Source of the DNA: Azolla caroliniana
Lineage: Eukaryota > Plantae > Polypodiophyta
Direction: 5' to 3'
NCBI GenBank assembly: GCA_043228905.1
Contig: JBHGNT010000006.1
Span: 18,104,001-18,168,000 of the forward strand
Length of the DNA: 64,000 nt
In this document: piece after piece, positions 11,550 to 25,227 of the stretch
Layout of the letters: every line of letters begins with the position of its first letter
Numbering within the stretch: the first letter of the stretch is position 1
Program-made: the position numbers and the translations under genes
Notes under the pieces: model-generated
What the model saw: the letters and a program-made list of their open reading frames with translations, nothing else
Database searches by the model: none
What the model was told of the DNA's origin: nothing

Positions 11550-14500
11550 GGATCTTTCCGATGCGGCAAAAGAGCGAAGTGTTTGGACACTTCCAAAAAT
11601 TCAAGAATGAAGTCGAGAAATCCACGGGCCGTCATGTACGATGCCTTCGATCGGATAGCGGCAAGGAGTACTTCTCGGATGATTTCACAGCGTATCTCCA
11701 AAAGGAAGGAATTCGGCAAGAATTCACTTGCTGACACACTCCGCAACAAAATGGAGTAGTCGAGCGCAAAAATCGGCACATCCTCGAAGTAGCACGGGCC
11801 ATGATGAACGAGAAGCATATGCCCAAGTCATATTGGGCCGAAGCTGCAAATACGGCCGTCTACCTAATGAACCGGTGCACAACATCCGGAGTGCACGAGG
11901 TCACTCCGCACGAAAAATACTTCAGAAAGAAGCTGGACTTATCACACACCCGGATATTCGGCGCGATAGCGTACCTGCACATCCCCAATGAGAAGCGTCA
12001 AAAGCTTGACCCGAAGTCGGAGAAATGTATCCTCGTAGGATACTCACTGGAACAAAAGGGCTACAAGTGCTACAACCCCTCAACTCGAAAATCTTGAGTA
12101 AGTCGAGATGTCGTTTTTGACGAGTCCGCATCTTGGTACGCACCAGAGACAACTTCGACTCTAACTCCTCTTGACCCAGAATCCCCCGAACAAGAGAGAG
12201 AGGATGAAGATCGCCTTACGTGCATGTTCGAAGAAAGTCCGATCACGACCCGACTGAGCGGACCACAGGAGCCTTTGAACGATCAAAGCACATCACGGCC
12301 TAGCCCGAAGATGGACAAAGGCAAGGCGTAAATGACGGAATACGAAGATGACCGCTTCGACGACGATGAGTCAACTCACTCACTTGACAGTGAGTTTGGC
12401 GGCTTCGATGTACCAATCGGAGCTAAGAAAGCTCTCATATTTGCAAATGAAAAGCTTCGTCGCTCCACCCGTGAAAAGAATTCGGTCAACCGATTCGGCT
12501 ACAACGACTACATGGCATATCACTATGCCTTTATGATGAAGGTGATGACAGTATGCGAGCCGGAAACATTTTCCAAAGCAGCCAAGGATCCGCGATGGAT
12601 CGAAGCCATGAATGAGGAGATGCAAGCACTACGCAAGAACGAGACATGGGATCTCGTTCCTAGCTCACCACACAAAAAGGCGATCGAATGCAGATGGATT
12701 TACAAAGTGAAGTACAACGCCGACGGTTCCGTCCACCGCTACAAAGCGCGACTCATAGCGAAAGGCTACGCCCAAATGCACGGAGTTGATTACGAAGAGA
12801 CCTTTGCCCCGGTGGCAATGATGATGATGGTACAGACTGTAATTGCGCTTGCCGCGGCGAAAGGGTGGCACCTCCATCGAATGGACGTCAAGAACGCCTT
12901 TCTATAAGACGAATTAGAAGAGGAGGTGTACATGCTACAACCATCCGAAAGTTGTATGCTGACTCAAGAGGCCACTCTACAGCCTCAAGCAAGCACCGCG
13001 CGCTTGGCATTCGAAGATAACGCAATATCTTCATCAAATTGGCTTCCGTATGTCAAAATCGGACAACTCCCTCTACATACGAAGCGATTCCGCAGGTCCG
13101 ATCGTCACCATCTTATATGTGGATGACCTAGTCATTGGAGGCGAGCATCTCGTCAAAATCAATAAGGTTAAATCTCTCCTTTCCGACAAGTTCGAGATGA
13201 CGGACATGAAGGAGCTCCACTACTTCCTCGGCATTCAGGTAATTCGGACTCCGGCCGAAATCATGATCTCTCAATGGCACTACATCTTGAACTTGTTATA
13301 CAAGTTCGGTATGGCTGAGTGCAAATCCGTGGCAACCCTGCTCGATCGCAATCTCAAACTAGATGCGAACTCCGGCACCAAAGTGTGTGAGCCGACTCTG
13401 TATCGGCAACTCATCGGGAGTCTCATCTACCTCACGATCACTCGACCCGATCTCAGTTATCCGGTCGGTCTCCTTAGTCAATTCATGCAAACACCGCGTG
13501 ATACTCACTTGGATTGCGCTACGCGAGTTCTATGATACGTGAGCGGCACAATGGATTGCGGCATCCTCTACAAGACCGCGATGCCCATACGACTCGAGGG
13601 GTACACAGACGCCGATTGGGCCAGCTACAAAACCGATAGAAGATCAACCTCTGGATTTGTTTTTTCCCTCGGCAGCGGAGCAATATCATGAAGCAACAAA
13701 ACGTAACCAACCGTCGCTCTTTTGAGCACAGAGGTGGAATACAAGGGCGCAGCAGTGGCCGCATGTGAAGCCGTATGGCTCAAAAGGATACTCAAGGATC
13801 TGGGCGTACCCATCAAGGATTCAACTTCCCTTTACTGCGACAACATGAGTAGTATCTATCTGGCTCGGAACCCGGTGTTCCACGTGCAGACAAAGCACAT
13901 TCAAGTGCACTATCACTTCATCCGAGAGTGCATTCTAGCTGGCGATATCGTCCTACAACACATTAGCATAAATCTTTAAACGGCCGACATCTTCACTAAA
14001 GCCTTAGGAGCCGACAAGCTATGGCAATTCATGAGCGATCTCGGATTGACGATCCCTGACCTGCCAAGCTTGATGGGGAGTACTAAAGACACTACGCAAT
14101 AACGCGTGGATACTGAAGACACTATGCAATAACGCGTGGATTCCGCAACCGCACAACAAAGCCGCGGAGAGCCGATGTACCGTGCAAATCCGCGAAGAAA
14201 GACGCAAGACGAAGCACAGACTTCGCAACTACGCAGAACGCAAGCTGGAGCACAGATTCTGCAACTCCACATAAATGTGAGTCAACGCGAACTCCGGAAC
14301 GCGAGTCATAGCGGATTTCGGATACCGTTTGAAACCGACCCGACTTGAGCTTGAGGGGGTGTGTTGAGAATCAAGCTCAACTTGGTCTAGTGTGTGAACT
14401 CACCTTGAGAGTGAATAGACACTCCAACGGTCAAGAGTCACCATTATGTCACCACTTTGTATTCTAGCATTAAGTATGAGTCATAGAATCATATTCTATG

Positions 14501-14742
14501 ACACATAACTTATGAGCTTTCACATTCCCCATGATCCATGAGTCTTGTAGTTAATGAAGAGAGAGGGTGACTATATAAAGCACCCTCCTCCCACTTTGTA
14601 TAATGTTGAGTCTTTCTCCTTTGTTAATATACATTACCTTGCGTATTCTCGGAGTCTGACTCCTTGTCTCCCTCTCTCTCTCATACACACACATAGTTCA
14701 TATCTATTCCGCTGCACAAAATCCATCTCTTGATTCTTTACA
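11550..14742 (+). mobile_element. 5'-truncated Ty1/Copia (same group as 33650-39583): INT-RT-RH pseudogene plus 3' LTR 14362-14742
   Basis: SDSGKEY, QNGVVERKNR, YKARLIAKG, LYVDDL, RSTSG, TKHI motifs; PPT TTGAGGGGGTG before TGTTGAG; LTR ends TTACA. Confidence 0.9.
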
Positions 14743-15510
14743 AATAACAACCAACATTATAACATTATTGCCCTAGTTATATTTATACTTATATAACTTT
14801 GGGGCTATTTATAAATATGATCTCAACGATCTCGTTTGAACATATTTGCTAGTTCATACCGGATTCCTTCTGGATCCATCCGATCTAGTATCTGGATACC
14901 TTCCGGATCCATTCGGTTCGGTTCCTTCCTTCGTCCGACCTAATCCGACTTGTCCAGTTCTCATCCCTGATCCCATCCAGAGGGAGCTGTTTCCCGACTA
15001 GTCGGTCTTGCCTTTGACTTTGATCATCTGCTATGTCGACTCTCTCTTAGTTGACTCACCCAGTTGACTCTCTATGACTTCGACTGTCAACTCTCGGCCC
15101 AACCAGTCGGCTCTTCCGATAGGAGGGACATTTTCCTAACAAACGCCCCCTTCAGTCCTATGGGTGGAGTCCGTTAGCGCTGTCCTTTGTTGACAGACTC
15201 TGAGTCTGTCCATCGGTAGGTTCTTTGTCAGCATGTTAGATCCATTGTCGTCCTTACGGATCTTCACGAGGGTAAACTCTTTTTCCTCCACTTTCTCTCG
15301 CAACGAGTGATACCTTCTCTATATGTGTTTGGTTTGGGAGTGGTACGCAATATTCATTGGTAGATGTATGGCACTCTGGCTGTCACAATGAAGCAAGAAC
15401 TCCCTTTGCTTCATCCCCAACTCGCTTAGAAAATCTCATCCAGAGTAGCTCTTTGTCGGCCTCTACTGCTGCCATGTACTCTACCTCTATGGTCGACAGT
15501 GTGTGGAATA
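14743..15510 (-). mobile_element. Tork-like Copia 3' fragment (RNaseH end, PPT, partial 3' LTR 14743-15141)
   Basis: AYHSQTKHI-like remnant; PPT GAAGGGGGCGTT next to LTR start TGTTAGG. Confidence 0.7.
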
Positions 15511-17359
15511 GCACTCGGCCACAACCGACTCTCAAACTCACAATGGAATAAATAAACAGAAAATAGCAATGCACTTAGACAACAGAGATGGCACCAAATT
15601 TTACGTGGAAAACCCTAATTGTGAAAAGAAACCATAGGAGTCCACAGACTCCAACTATCACTATGAGAGGGAGGGTACAATGAGATAAACAGAAGCAATA
15701 ACCTCGAGTTCTATCTTTGTCTATCAGTTGTTACAACAGAACAATTTTCTATATTTCTCTCTCTCTCTCTCTCTCTTTACAACAAGAATAATAATAGCAA
15801 TAACTATAATGATGATCTACATTCAAACAATATTGCCCTAGTTATCGGGGGCTATTTACAAATATGACCTCAATGGTCACGTCTGAACATATTTACTAAT
15901 ATGTTACTATTTGCTGGTTTATACCGGATCCGACCGGGTTCCTTTTGGATCCATCCAATCCGGTTCCTTCTTTCGTCTCGTCCGATCCGGCTCGTCGAGT
16001 TCTTATCTGAATCTCATCCGAAGGGACCTGTTTCCCAACAAACTCCCCTTTCACTCTGGCATGAGATGTCTCATCAATCCGATGCATCTCCGGCATACAT
16101 CCAGCTTGTCGTCTAACAACATCTTGGTTAGCATGTTCGACCCGTTCTCCTCCATATGGATCTTCATTAGCAAGAACTCTTTATCTTCTACCTTCTCCCG
16201 GAGCCAGGATATCTCCTCTGGATTCGCTTGGTCCGGGAGTGGTACACAACATTATCTGCGAGGTGGATGGCACTTTGACTGTTGCAGTAGAGCCGGAATT
16301 CCTCTTGTCGAATCCCTAGCTCTCCAATAAATTCTTTCATCCAGATTACCTCTTTGTCGGCTTCCACTACTGCCATATACTCCACTTCCATTTTCCACAA
16401 TGCAACAAACTTCTGCAACCTTGATTACCACAATACAGCTCCCCCTGCATAAGTCATGACATATCCAGATGTCGACCAGCTGGTATCTGCATCAGCCGAC
16501 ATATCTGAATCTGTGAATCCTTGAAGGTGGGGTTTTCCGGAGCCAAATCAGAGTCACATACTCGAGGTGCCTCTCAAGTACTGAAGTATCCACTTGGTTG
16601 TAGGCCAATGTTCTCTTCCCGGATTGCGCATGAACCGGTTGACCACTCTGACTGCATATCCGATATCCGGTCGGGTACACATGATTGCGTACATTAGGCT
16701 TCCAACAACAGAAGCATATGGTACCTTCATCATCTCTGATTTTTCTGGCTTTGTCTTCGAGCTTTGCTTCCTCGACAACTTGCAGTTTGCCGAAAGTGTC
16801 GATTTGACCGGCTTCGCATCCGCCATACTGAATCTTTAGAGCACCTTCATGACGTACTTCTCTTGTGATAGCCACAATAGTTTCTTTATTCAATCTCATA
16901 CTATGTGCATCCCCAATATCTATCTTGCTAGACCTAGATCTTTCATTGAGAAGGTTCGGTTCAAGGCCTTCTTCAGATTTCCGATTTTGATTCAGTAAGG
17001 TCGGATGATAAGCATGTCATCCACATACATCAAGAGTATCATCCGTCAAATTTCTTCACGAATACGCAGTGGTTGGCCTGTGTCTTGTGGTATCCCTAAT
17101 CGGTCATGAAAGAGTCGAATTTCCGGTACCATTTCCGGGGAGCTTGCTTTAGTCCGTATAAGCTCTTCTTCAACGAGCACACCAGGTGCTCCTTCTTTGG
17201 CTATTGCATGTAGATCTAGTCTTCAAGGTCGCCATGCAGGAATGCCGTCTTGACGTCTAGTTGCTCGACCTCGAGGTCCATGACTGCCGCTATGCTCAAC
17301 ACATTCCGGATGGATGTCATCTTTACTACCGGAGCAAAGATCTCATCGAAGTCGGCTCC

Positions 17360-17444
17360 TATCAGAAATAGTACTAAGACATAGAGGGAATTAGTACTAA
17401 AAGATGAGGATTAGTACTAAAAGGGGTGTAGAACTCTCAAGAGA

Positions 17445-17494
<50 letters not shown>

Positions 17495-17542
17495 AATTAT
17501 ATTATCATCTTCGGAGGTCAAATATGAAGGGTGTAGAACTCT

Positions 17543-17605
<63 letters not shown>

Positions 17606-17939
17606 TGATAAGAAAAGATATATATTATATAAAGAAAATATACATGAATAGTTAGGAGTCTTAAGACTGGTGATGAACCGATTTGGTTCTCAATAATGCC
17701 ACGTGCCTCTTTTTCTAGTGGTTTCGGAATACTCTAGAAATGTGCCTTAGGAATACTCTTGACATTTCTAGAATGTTCCAAGGAAATCTAAAATATACAT
17801 GGATTTCTAAGTGAAATAATAAATGGAAATAATTATTCTTCGTATTACAATTCATGGTTTAATGGCAAGGGTTCAATTCATGTAACACAAGGTCATGGGT
17901 TTGAATCCGTTCGGAGCCATACCATCCTATATCATGACA
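17360..17939 (-). repeat. 3' LTR of G2 with two long (GA)n tracts from an internal duplication
   Basis: Homology to the other LTRs of the family; (GA)n at about 17447-17491 and 17546-17600; C25 run at the PPT, 17943-17967. Confidence 0.85.
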
Positions 17940-20924
17940 CAACCCCCCCCCCCCCCCCCCCCCCCCCTTAAGACGACGAGTGTCAAGAGTTGTCTTAGAT
18001 GGAGGACCTAGCTTGTCGGGAAATTGCCGATGAAAGTCCTCAACAAGAGCTCAAGCATTTACCACATTCTCGACAGGACCTAGCTTGAACCATAGCCTAG
18101 CCAATCGACCAAATAGTAGAGCTTGTTGTGAACAATCTTGGAATCGAGGATGGTAGCTACTTCGTACTCCGGTCCTACTTCAAGCTCGATCGGGGGTGGA
18201 GGTGGTGTAATACGATTCGGAATAGTGTTGTCTTAATACGGTTTGAGAAGAGAACTATGAAAAACCGAATGTATCCGTAGTTGCGAAGGTAGATCGAGAC
18301 GAAAAGCGACATCATTAATTTTTCCAATAATACGGAAAGGACCTAATCGTCGATAGTCCAATTTATCGCATGGACGAGTAGTCTTGATGTGTTGTCATAA
18401 TAGCCATACCCGATATCCAATGTTCAAACTGAGGGGAAGCCGATGATGATCTGGATAATCCTTCTGTGTTTGTTGAGCTTGTTGTAAATGAGTAGATAAG
18501 TCTATCTGTATCTTGTGTAGCAGCTCTAAACGATCCTCTGCACAAGGATTTGTGGGTAACTTCGGAGTTTCGAATACACACCACCGAGGATGATATCCTG
18601 TATAAGCATAAAATGGTGTAACCCTAGTAGATGAGTGGATAGAGTCATTATACACAAATTCGGCAAAGTGGAGAATATCTACCAAGTCATCTTGTTGATA
18701 GCTTAGAAAACACCGAAGATATTGTTCTAGCATTTGATTTGTTCATTCTGCTTGTCCATCTGTTTGCGGGTAGTAGCCAGAGGAGAGGTTACAAGTGACC
18801 TTGAGCATTTTGAAGAGATGCTTCCAGAATTTCAAGATGAATTGGGATCCACGGTTGTTGATGATACTATCGGGGAGGCCATGATGCTGACATACCTTAC
18901 GCATGACAGTTTCGGCAATTTCTTCACTAGTGATTTCCTTAGTACAAGGCAGAAAATATGTCATCTTCGTATATCGATCTACTACAGTTTTGATCGCATC
19001 GGATCCCTTTGAAACTAGAAGATCTGTAATGAAATCTAGAGAAGGGGATTGCCACGGCTTGCTTGGAACTGGTAATGGTTCCAATAAACCATATGGATGA
19101 GGTGTTGGCATCTTTGCTTTGCAACATGTATCACATGTCGAACATAGTCTTCAACAAATCATCGCATATGAGGCCACTAGAATGATCGTTGTACTAAATC
19201 CAACGTTTTGGTACTACCGAAATGCCCTGATGTATGTGTCATCACAATTTTGGACTACTCAAAGGCGACAAGAACCATTAGGAACATACAAGAGTTTCTT
19301 AAAGAATAGTAATCCATCGTGACATTCGAATTGTTGATTGTCCATACCTGGTTGTTGCGACTGTGAACAAGATGCCCGAGAGGAATCAATTTGTGCTAGA
19401 ATGGCTTGAGCAAAATCATCTATCTTGAAGTCTTCACGTATGGTATTGATAATGTGGAAATCCAATGGTGTATCGAAAACCCACGTTGCTTGTAGTCATG
19501 CCGGTCCCAAGATTACTAGGACACGATGCTAGATACAAGCACTGTGATAATACATATGCCTTCCCTTGCTGCATCCCGGGATGATATGTAATTTTGAAGT
19601 TGAAATGAGTGAGGAATTGGGCCCACCGAGCTTGACGTCAATTTAATACACAAGCATTCTAGAAGTAGGCAAGATTTTTGTGATCACTGAATACAGTGAC
19701 TTGATAGAAGATCCAATTAAAAAATACCTCCATTGTGTAAAAGAGTCCACTATTGCTAATAGCTCCTTGTCATGTATTTCGTAGTTGATTTCGGTAGTGT
19801 CAAACTTGCGTGAGTGGAAAGCCATAGGATGTAGCTTTTCATCATCGCCTTGTGGAGTTTGCCATTCTACCACCGTTTTGACCTTAGCTGGATCCATACA
19901 CATGCCTTCCAAGGAAATGACGTAGCCTAGAAATTCCACCTGGTTGCACTCGAAACTACATTTTTCTAGTTTTGCATAAAGACCATGTTCTCGAAGTCGT
20001 TTTAGTACTAATAGTACATTAGAATCATGTTCTTCTTGAGTCTTCAAAAAAACCAATAAATCATCTAAATAGAAGATCAAACAAATATCCAAGAGACTAC
20101 TACCAATAGACTTCTGGCGCATTACTGAGACCAAATGGGATGACCGTATACTCAAAGTGCCCATATTTGGTGCGCCACACGATCTTCCGTTCATCTCCTA
20201 GTCAGATCCGTACGAGGTTATATGCTCCTCGTAAGTCGATCTTTGTGAAGAGCTTTGCACCATTGATCTGTTCTAAAAGACTCGAGATAAGGGGAAGTGC
20301 ATGCCTATTCCTATTGGTGACCTTATTCAAGCCACAATAATCTATGACGACACAAAATGATCCATCCTTTTTCTTGACAAAGAAAATATGTGCGCTGGCT
20401 AGAGATTTCAAATGTCGAATGAAATCGTTTGCCCAATTCTCCTCTATGTAGGCTCGAAGGACTTCTAGCTAGCTTGGTTGGTGACAAGTTGTAGATCGGT
20501 CCCCATGGTGGCTCTTTTCCCGGTTGTAAATCAATGGGACAATCATACGGTCGGTGGTGAGGAAGCATACTGACTTGTACCTTATCGAACACGTCGGCAT
20601 AATGAGGATACTTCTCGGGAAGTTGAATTGTGGATTCCTCTTTAGTGGTGTTGGAAGGTTTTACTGGTACTACAAAGACAAACATTGCTTCCTTGCGTCC
20701 TTCCTCACACAATTGCTTAGTTGGAAATGGTTGCAATTCTATGAATAAATCCTTGGGTTTATCGATACTAGATTTCTCTTGTTCTCCAATCTATGTCTAG
20801 TTATGTAATTCAAACCATGGTAACCCCAAGACAATTGGATGATCTGGACTACTAATTATATTAAATGATACTACACACACCAATTATCTAGGACAACCTG
20901 AATCGGCAAAAAGATACTATTTGT

Positions 20925-22969
20925 TGAAGACCGAGTGTGGGACCTGGTCGACAAGAAAGTGTTCCAGAGTCGAGACATAGTCTTCATGAAAGACAAGACT
21001 ATTGCCGACGTTGGAGTCGAAGAAGAAGATAGCGAACTTCGGATTGACCGACAAAGATCAGTTGGAAGATGCTAGCACACATCCGGTGTGAAGCCGAATG
21101 TGAACCGAAGACCATGATGAACTGGCCGGATTCGGACAAGAAACCAAACCGATCGAAGAAGAAGAAGAGGACACCGGAACCGGACAAGATCCCGAATCGG
21201 ATTCACATGACAAGAAAATGGAGGAACTGGTGGTCGAGAACCAAGGAAGAAGATACCCTCTAAGGGAGGGAAAGCCCCCCCCAGAGATTCCCGGAAGGAG
21301 AGCATATATTGCTGACCAATGAGGGGGAGCCGGAAAGCTTTGAAGAAGCAAAGAAAGACACCCACAACCGGAAGTGGTTAAGTTCCATGTAGGATGAGAT
21401 GTATTCCTTGCATGAGAACCACACATGAGAATTAACGGAGCTGCCAAAAGGAAAGAGAGCACTCCGGAACAAGTGGGTGTACAAGTTGAAATCGGGAGAC
21501 GCCGGAAATACACCAAGGTACGAAGCCCACATTGTGGTGAAGGGCTTCAATAGAAGAAAGGAGTGGATTTTGATGAGATTTTTGCCCAGGTAATAAAGAT
21601 GACATCCATCCTGACTGTGTTGAGCATTGCCACAAGCATGGACCTCGAGGTAAAGCAACTAGACGTCAAGATGACGTTCCTACATAGCGACCTCGAAGAA
21701 GAGATTTACATGAATCAACCAGCGGGATTTCTCAAGAAATGGAAGACGCACCTAGTATGCCAGTTGAAGAAGAGCCTATACGGAATGAAGCAAGTGTTGG
21801 GAATTCGGTCCCTTCGGATGGGATCCGGAAGAGAACCAGAGGAGCCGCATCGGATGGATCCGTTGTGAACAGGATCCAAGAACATATCTGTAAATATGTT
21901 CCTAGTGTGCCTATCATGGCCATATTTGTAAATAATCCTAAAGTCATATAAGTATAAATATGAACGAGGGCAATCACTTATTACAATGATGTGCATAGAG
22001 TTATTGTACAGAGGTTGTGGAGAGAGAGAGAGAGAAAGAGAGAGAGAAACATAAATACTTTCTGTTGTAACCGCCAGTTGGCGAAGGCATAGAGCAAGAG
22101 GTCGTTGCCTCTGAGTTTTGCGTTGTAACATTCTCTTCTCATAGTGATAGTTGGTGTCTTTGGGCTCCCGTGCTTTTTCCCTATTAGGGTTTTCCATGTA
22201 AACATCCTATGTCCTCTCTGTTTTCTGTGTAAGTGTATTAATCTCCATTTTCGTTTTGTTCTTCCATTGAGTTCAAGACTCTGTCATTGCTAAGCATTAT
22301 TCCTCTCAGCAAGCTCCCCAACAATGGTACCGGAAGTTGGACTCCTTCCTGACTGATCACGGATACCACAAGACGCAGGCCGACCACTGTGTATTTGTGA
22401 AGAATTTTGACGAAGGAGACCTCCTGATACTCCTGCTATATGTGGATGACATGTTGATCGTCGGACCGGACCAAACCAAAATCGGGAATCTGAAGAAGAC
22501 CTTTGAACCCGACATTCTCAATGAAAGATATGGGTCCCGCGAGAAAGATCCTAGGGATGCACATAGTCCGAGACCGGTTGAAGAAGCAGTTGTGGCTGTC
22601 ATAGGAAAAGTATGTGACAAAGGTTCTTCAAAGGTTCAACATGTCGGATGCTAAGTCGGTCGGGTCACCACTTCCGGCAAACTGCAAGTTGTCTGGGAAG
22701 CAGAGCCCGGCGGCCGTAGAAGCCGGTAAAGAGGTAATCTGGATGAAGGACCTCATCGGAGAGCTAGGAACCTGGTAGGAGAAATTCCGGCTCCACTGCA
22801 ATAGTCAAAGTGCCATCCACCTCGCGAAGAACGCGGCCTACCATTCCCGGATCGACAACATTGAGAGGAGATATCATTGGCTCCGGGAGAAGGCAGAAGA
22901 TAAAGAGTTCGTGCTGACAAAGATCCATACGAATTAGAACGGGTTGGACATGTTGACCAAAGTGTTGTC
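20925..22969 (+). mobile_element. Tork-like Copia internal fragment (INT end, RT, RH), decayed
   Basis: DFDEIFAQVIKMTSI, LYVDDMLIVG and AKNAAYHSR remnants. Confidence 0.8.
21795..22308 (+). repeat. Solo LTR (Tork-like) with 5-bp TSD GCAAG
   Basis: TGTTGG...CTCA flanked by gcaag at 21790-21794 and 22309-22313, interrupting the RT motif G(L)KQAP. Confidence 0.9.
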
Positions 22970-22980
22970 TGTCATGATAT

Positions 22981-23040
22981 GGCAATACTCGAACCCATGA
23001 CCTTATGTTATATGAGTCGAGCTCTTACCATTAGGCTATG
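22981..23040 (-). promoter_or_regulatory. tRNA-like Pol III A/B-box module at the tip of the Gypsy LTR, antisense and outward-facing (also 4447-4504, 17855-17920, 59572-59635)
   Basis: A box TAGCCTAATGG and B box GGTTCGAGT are about 43 nt apart; CTCATA lies at the anticodon-loop position. Confidence 0.55.
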
Positions 23041-23427
23041 TATTGTAATACAAAGGATATTATTTTCATTTAAGTTTTACTATAAAAAATTGATGTATAT
23101 TCCAGATTTCTCTAGAACATTCTTGAAACTTCAGGAGTACTCCTCAGAACACTATAAAAGGAGGCACAAGGCATTATTTGAACCAAATTGGTTCAGCGCC
23201 AGTCTTAAGCCTCTTAGCTACTATTGTATATCCCCTTAACATAATATATATCTTTTGTTATCCTCATTCTCTCTCTCTCTCACTCACTCTTTCATTCTCT
23301 CGAGAGTTCTAAACTTCCCTTAGTACTAATCCTCATCTTTTAGTACTAATTCCTTCTTTGTCTTAGTACTATTCCTGACAATACTTCTCTGTCTTAGTAC
23401 TGCTCCGGGAGACACTTCACCAAAGGG

Positions 23428-23785
23428 TGATTACGGCATAGGATTAAGATTCAACGATTACACCGACTTACGTAGGTTACAAGATTATAGTGCTTTTGTT
23501 AATTACACGCGTAAGATATAACAGTAAGTACAGAACGGAAATCAACACAGAAGTATAAACACCATATGCTCTATTAATTATCCGCTGCGATTACAATGGG
23601 GTCCGGGCCTTTAAATAGGTTTCCGGCCCGTAGTACAAAACGGTGCCTATCGCACCTATTCGGGATCCGTCCGGATCTGGAACGGCATACCGTTTCCAGT
23701 CCGTCCGTCCACACTATGCTTATTTACAACCGTACTTAATTCATTCCTTCACTCCGTATTTTGGACTCCTTGCCGGCCGGTAACA
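23428..23785 (-). repeat. Short LTR of an unrelated family with possible PBS TGGTGAAGTGTC
   Basis: TGTTACC...AATCA ends; TATTTAAA box; TGG motif 5 nt past the LTR end (23422-23411). Confidence 0.45.
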
Positions 23786-24269
23786 TCCCCTTCCTTCTCT
23801 CCTTTATCTTCTTACTTCTCCCTCCCTTCATACTAATCTCTTATTCCTCTTTTCTCTCATACTATGGCCACTACTGTTAGCGCTCAAGAATATCAATCCG
23901 TTTTTTTGGAGTTCCAATGCTTGAAAGAGAAGTTTCTCGCATTGGAACAAGAAAATCAATGATTGGTTGGGAATCTGGAACGGCATACCGTTTCCAGTCC
24001 GTCCGTCCACACTATGCTTATTTACAACCGTACTTAATTCATTCCTTCACTCCGTATTTTGGACTCCTTGCCGGCCGGTAACATCCCCTTCCTTCTCTCC
24101 TTTATCTTCTTACTTCTCCCTCCCTTCATACTAATCTCTTATTCCTCTTTTCTCTCATACTATGGCCACTACTGTTAGCGCTCAAGAATATCAATCCGTT
24201 TTTTTGGAGTTCCAATGCTTGAAAGAGAAGTTTCTCGCATTGGAACAAGAAAATCAATGATTGGTTGGG
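23675..24269. repeat. 298-bp tandem duplication
   Basis: 23675-23972 is repeated from 23973 with no difference seen by eye. Confidence 0.9.
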
Positions 24270-24929
24270 GAGCTTCAACAAATCTCCTTAGAGAAGCAGC
24301 AGACGCAACAATAACACGGAGAACTAGCGTTAGCGTGCAACAACTCGAAGCAACCATAGTAGCAATGCAACAACAAGGACTCAGTACGGAAGGGGTTCAT
24401 AAAGAACCCAAGATTGGCCTTCCCATGAAATTCGATGGAATGCGATTGCAGTTTAGAGGATTCCTTAATCAGGTATGATTTGACGGGAACTCAACGCTCC
24501 CTATATGCAACGCTCGGCCACAACCGAGCTTAGGATCATACACAGAAAATGGGAAATAAAACACGACAAGAAGAAGAGGGAGATACACAGGAGGTATACG
24601 TGGAAAACCCCAAACTAAGGGAAAAAACCACGGCAGCCCACAGGCTACAAACTGTCACTATGTAAGAATATACAAACAGTGAGTTCACGGAGGCAACGAC
24701 CACGTGCTCACGATCTTCGCCACAGGCGGCGGTTACAACAGAGGCAACGACCTCGTTCTCTCTCTCTCTCAACCTGTACATTGTTACACGCTCTCTCTTC
24801 TTGGACCAACAAGAAAATGACAACAACTTCTACTAGTTTGCCCTAAGTCATATTTATAGTAATATGACTTTTCGGCTATTTACAAATATAGTCTCGATGG
24901 AATCTCAGAAACATATTTACGAATATGTC

Positions 24930-25125
24930 TCTTCATCCGGTTCATACCGGGTCTGCACCATCCGGCTCTCCGTAGCCGGGTACTTCTCATCCGGTTCATA
25001 CCGGGTCTGCACCATCCGGCTCTCCGTAGCCGGGTACTCCTCATCCGGTTCATACCGGGTCTGCACCATCCGGCTCTCCGTAGCCGGGTACTCCTCATCT
25101 GGTTCATACCGGGTCTGCACCTCAT
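24930..25125. repeat. 54-bp CCGG-rich tandem repeat (about 3.5 units) in LTR U3; also at 29752-29945
   Basis: Unit TCATCCGGTTCATACCGGGTCTGCACCATCCGGCTCTCCGTAGCCGGGTACTYC. Confidence 0.9.
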
Positions 25126-25227
25126 ACGATTTCAACCTCGGCCTATCGGCCTCGGCCGAGTTTGTTCATCGGCACTGTTCTTCTCCCTTCCCATCCGGAG
25201 GGACCTGTCTCCCAACAAACTCCCCCT

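Noticed and set aside
22981-23040. Functional tRNA gene
   Set aside because: Only A/B boxes are recognisable; acceptor and anticodon stems do not form, so it is reported as tRNA-derived only
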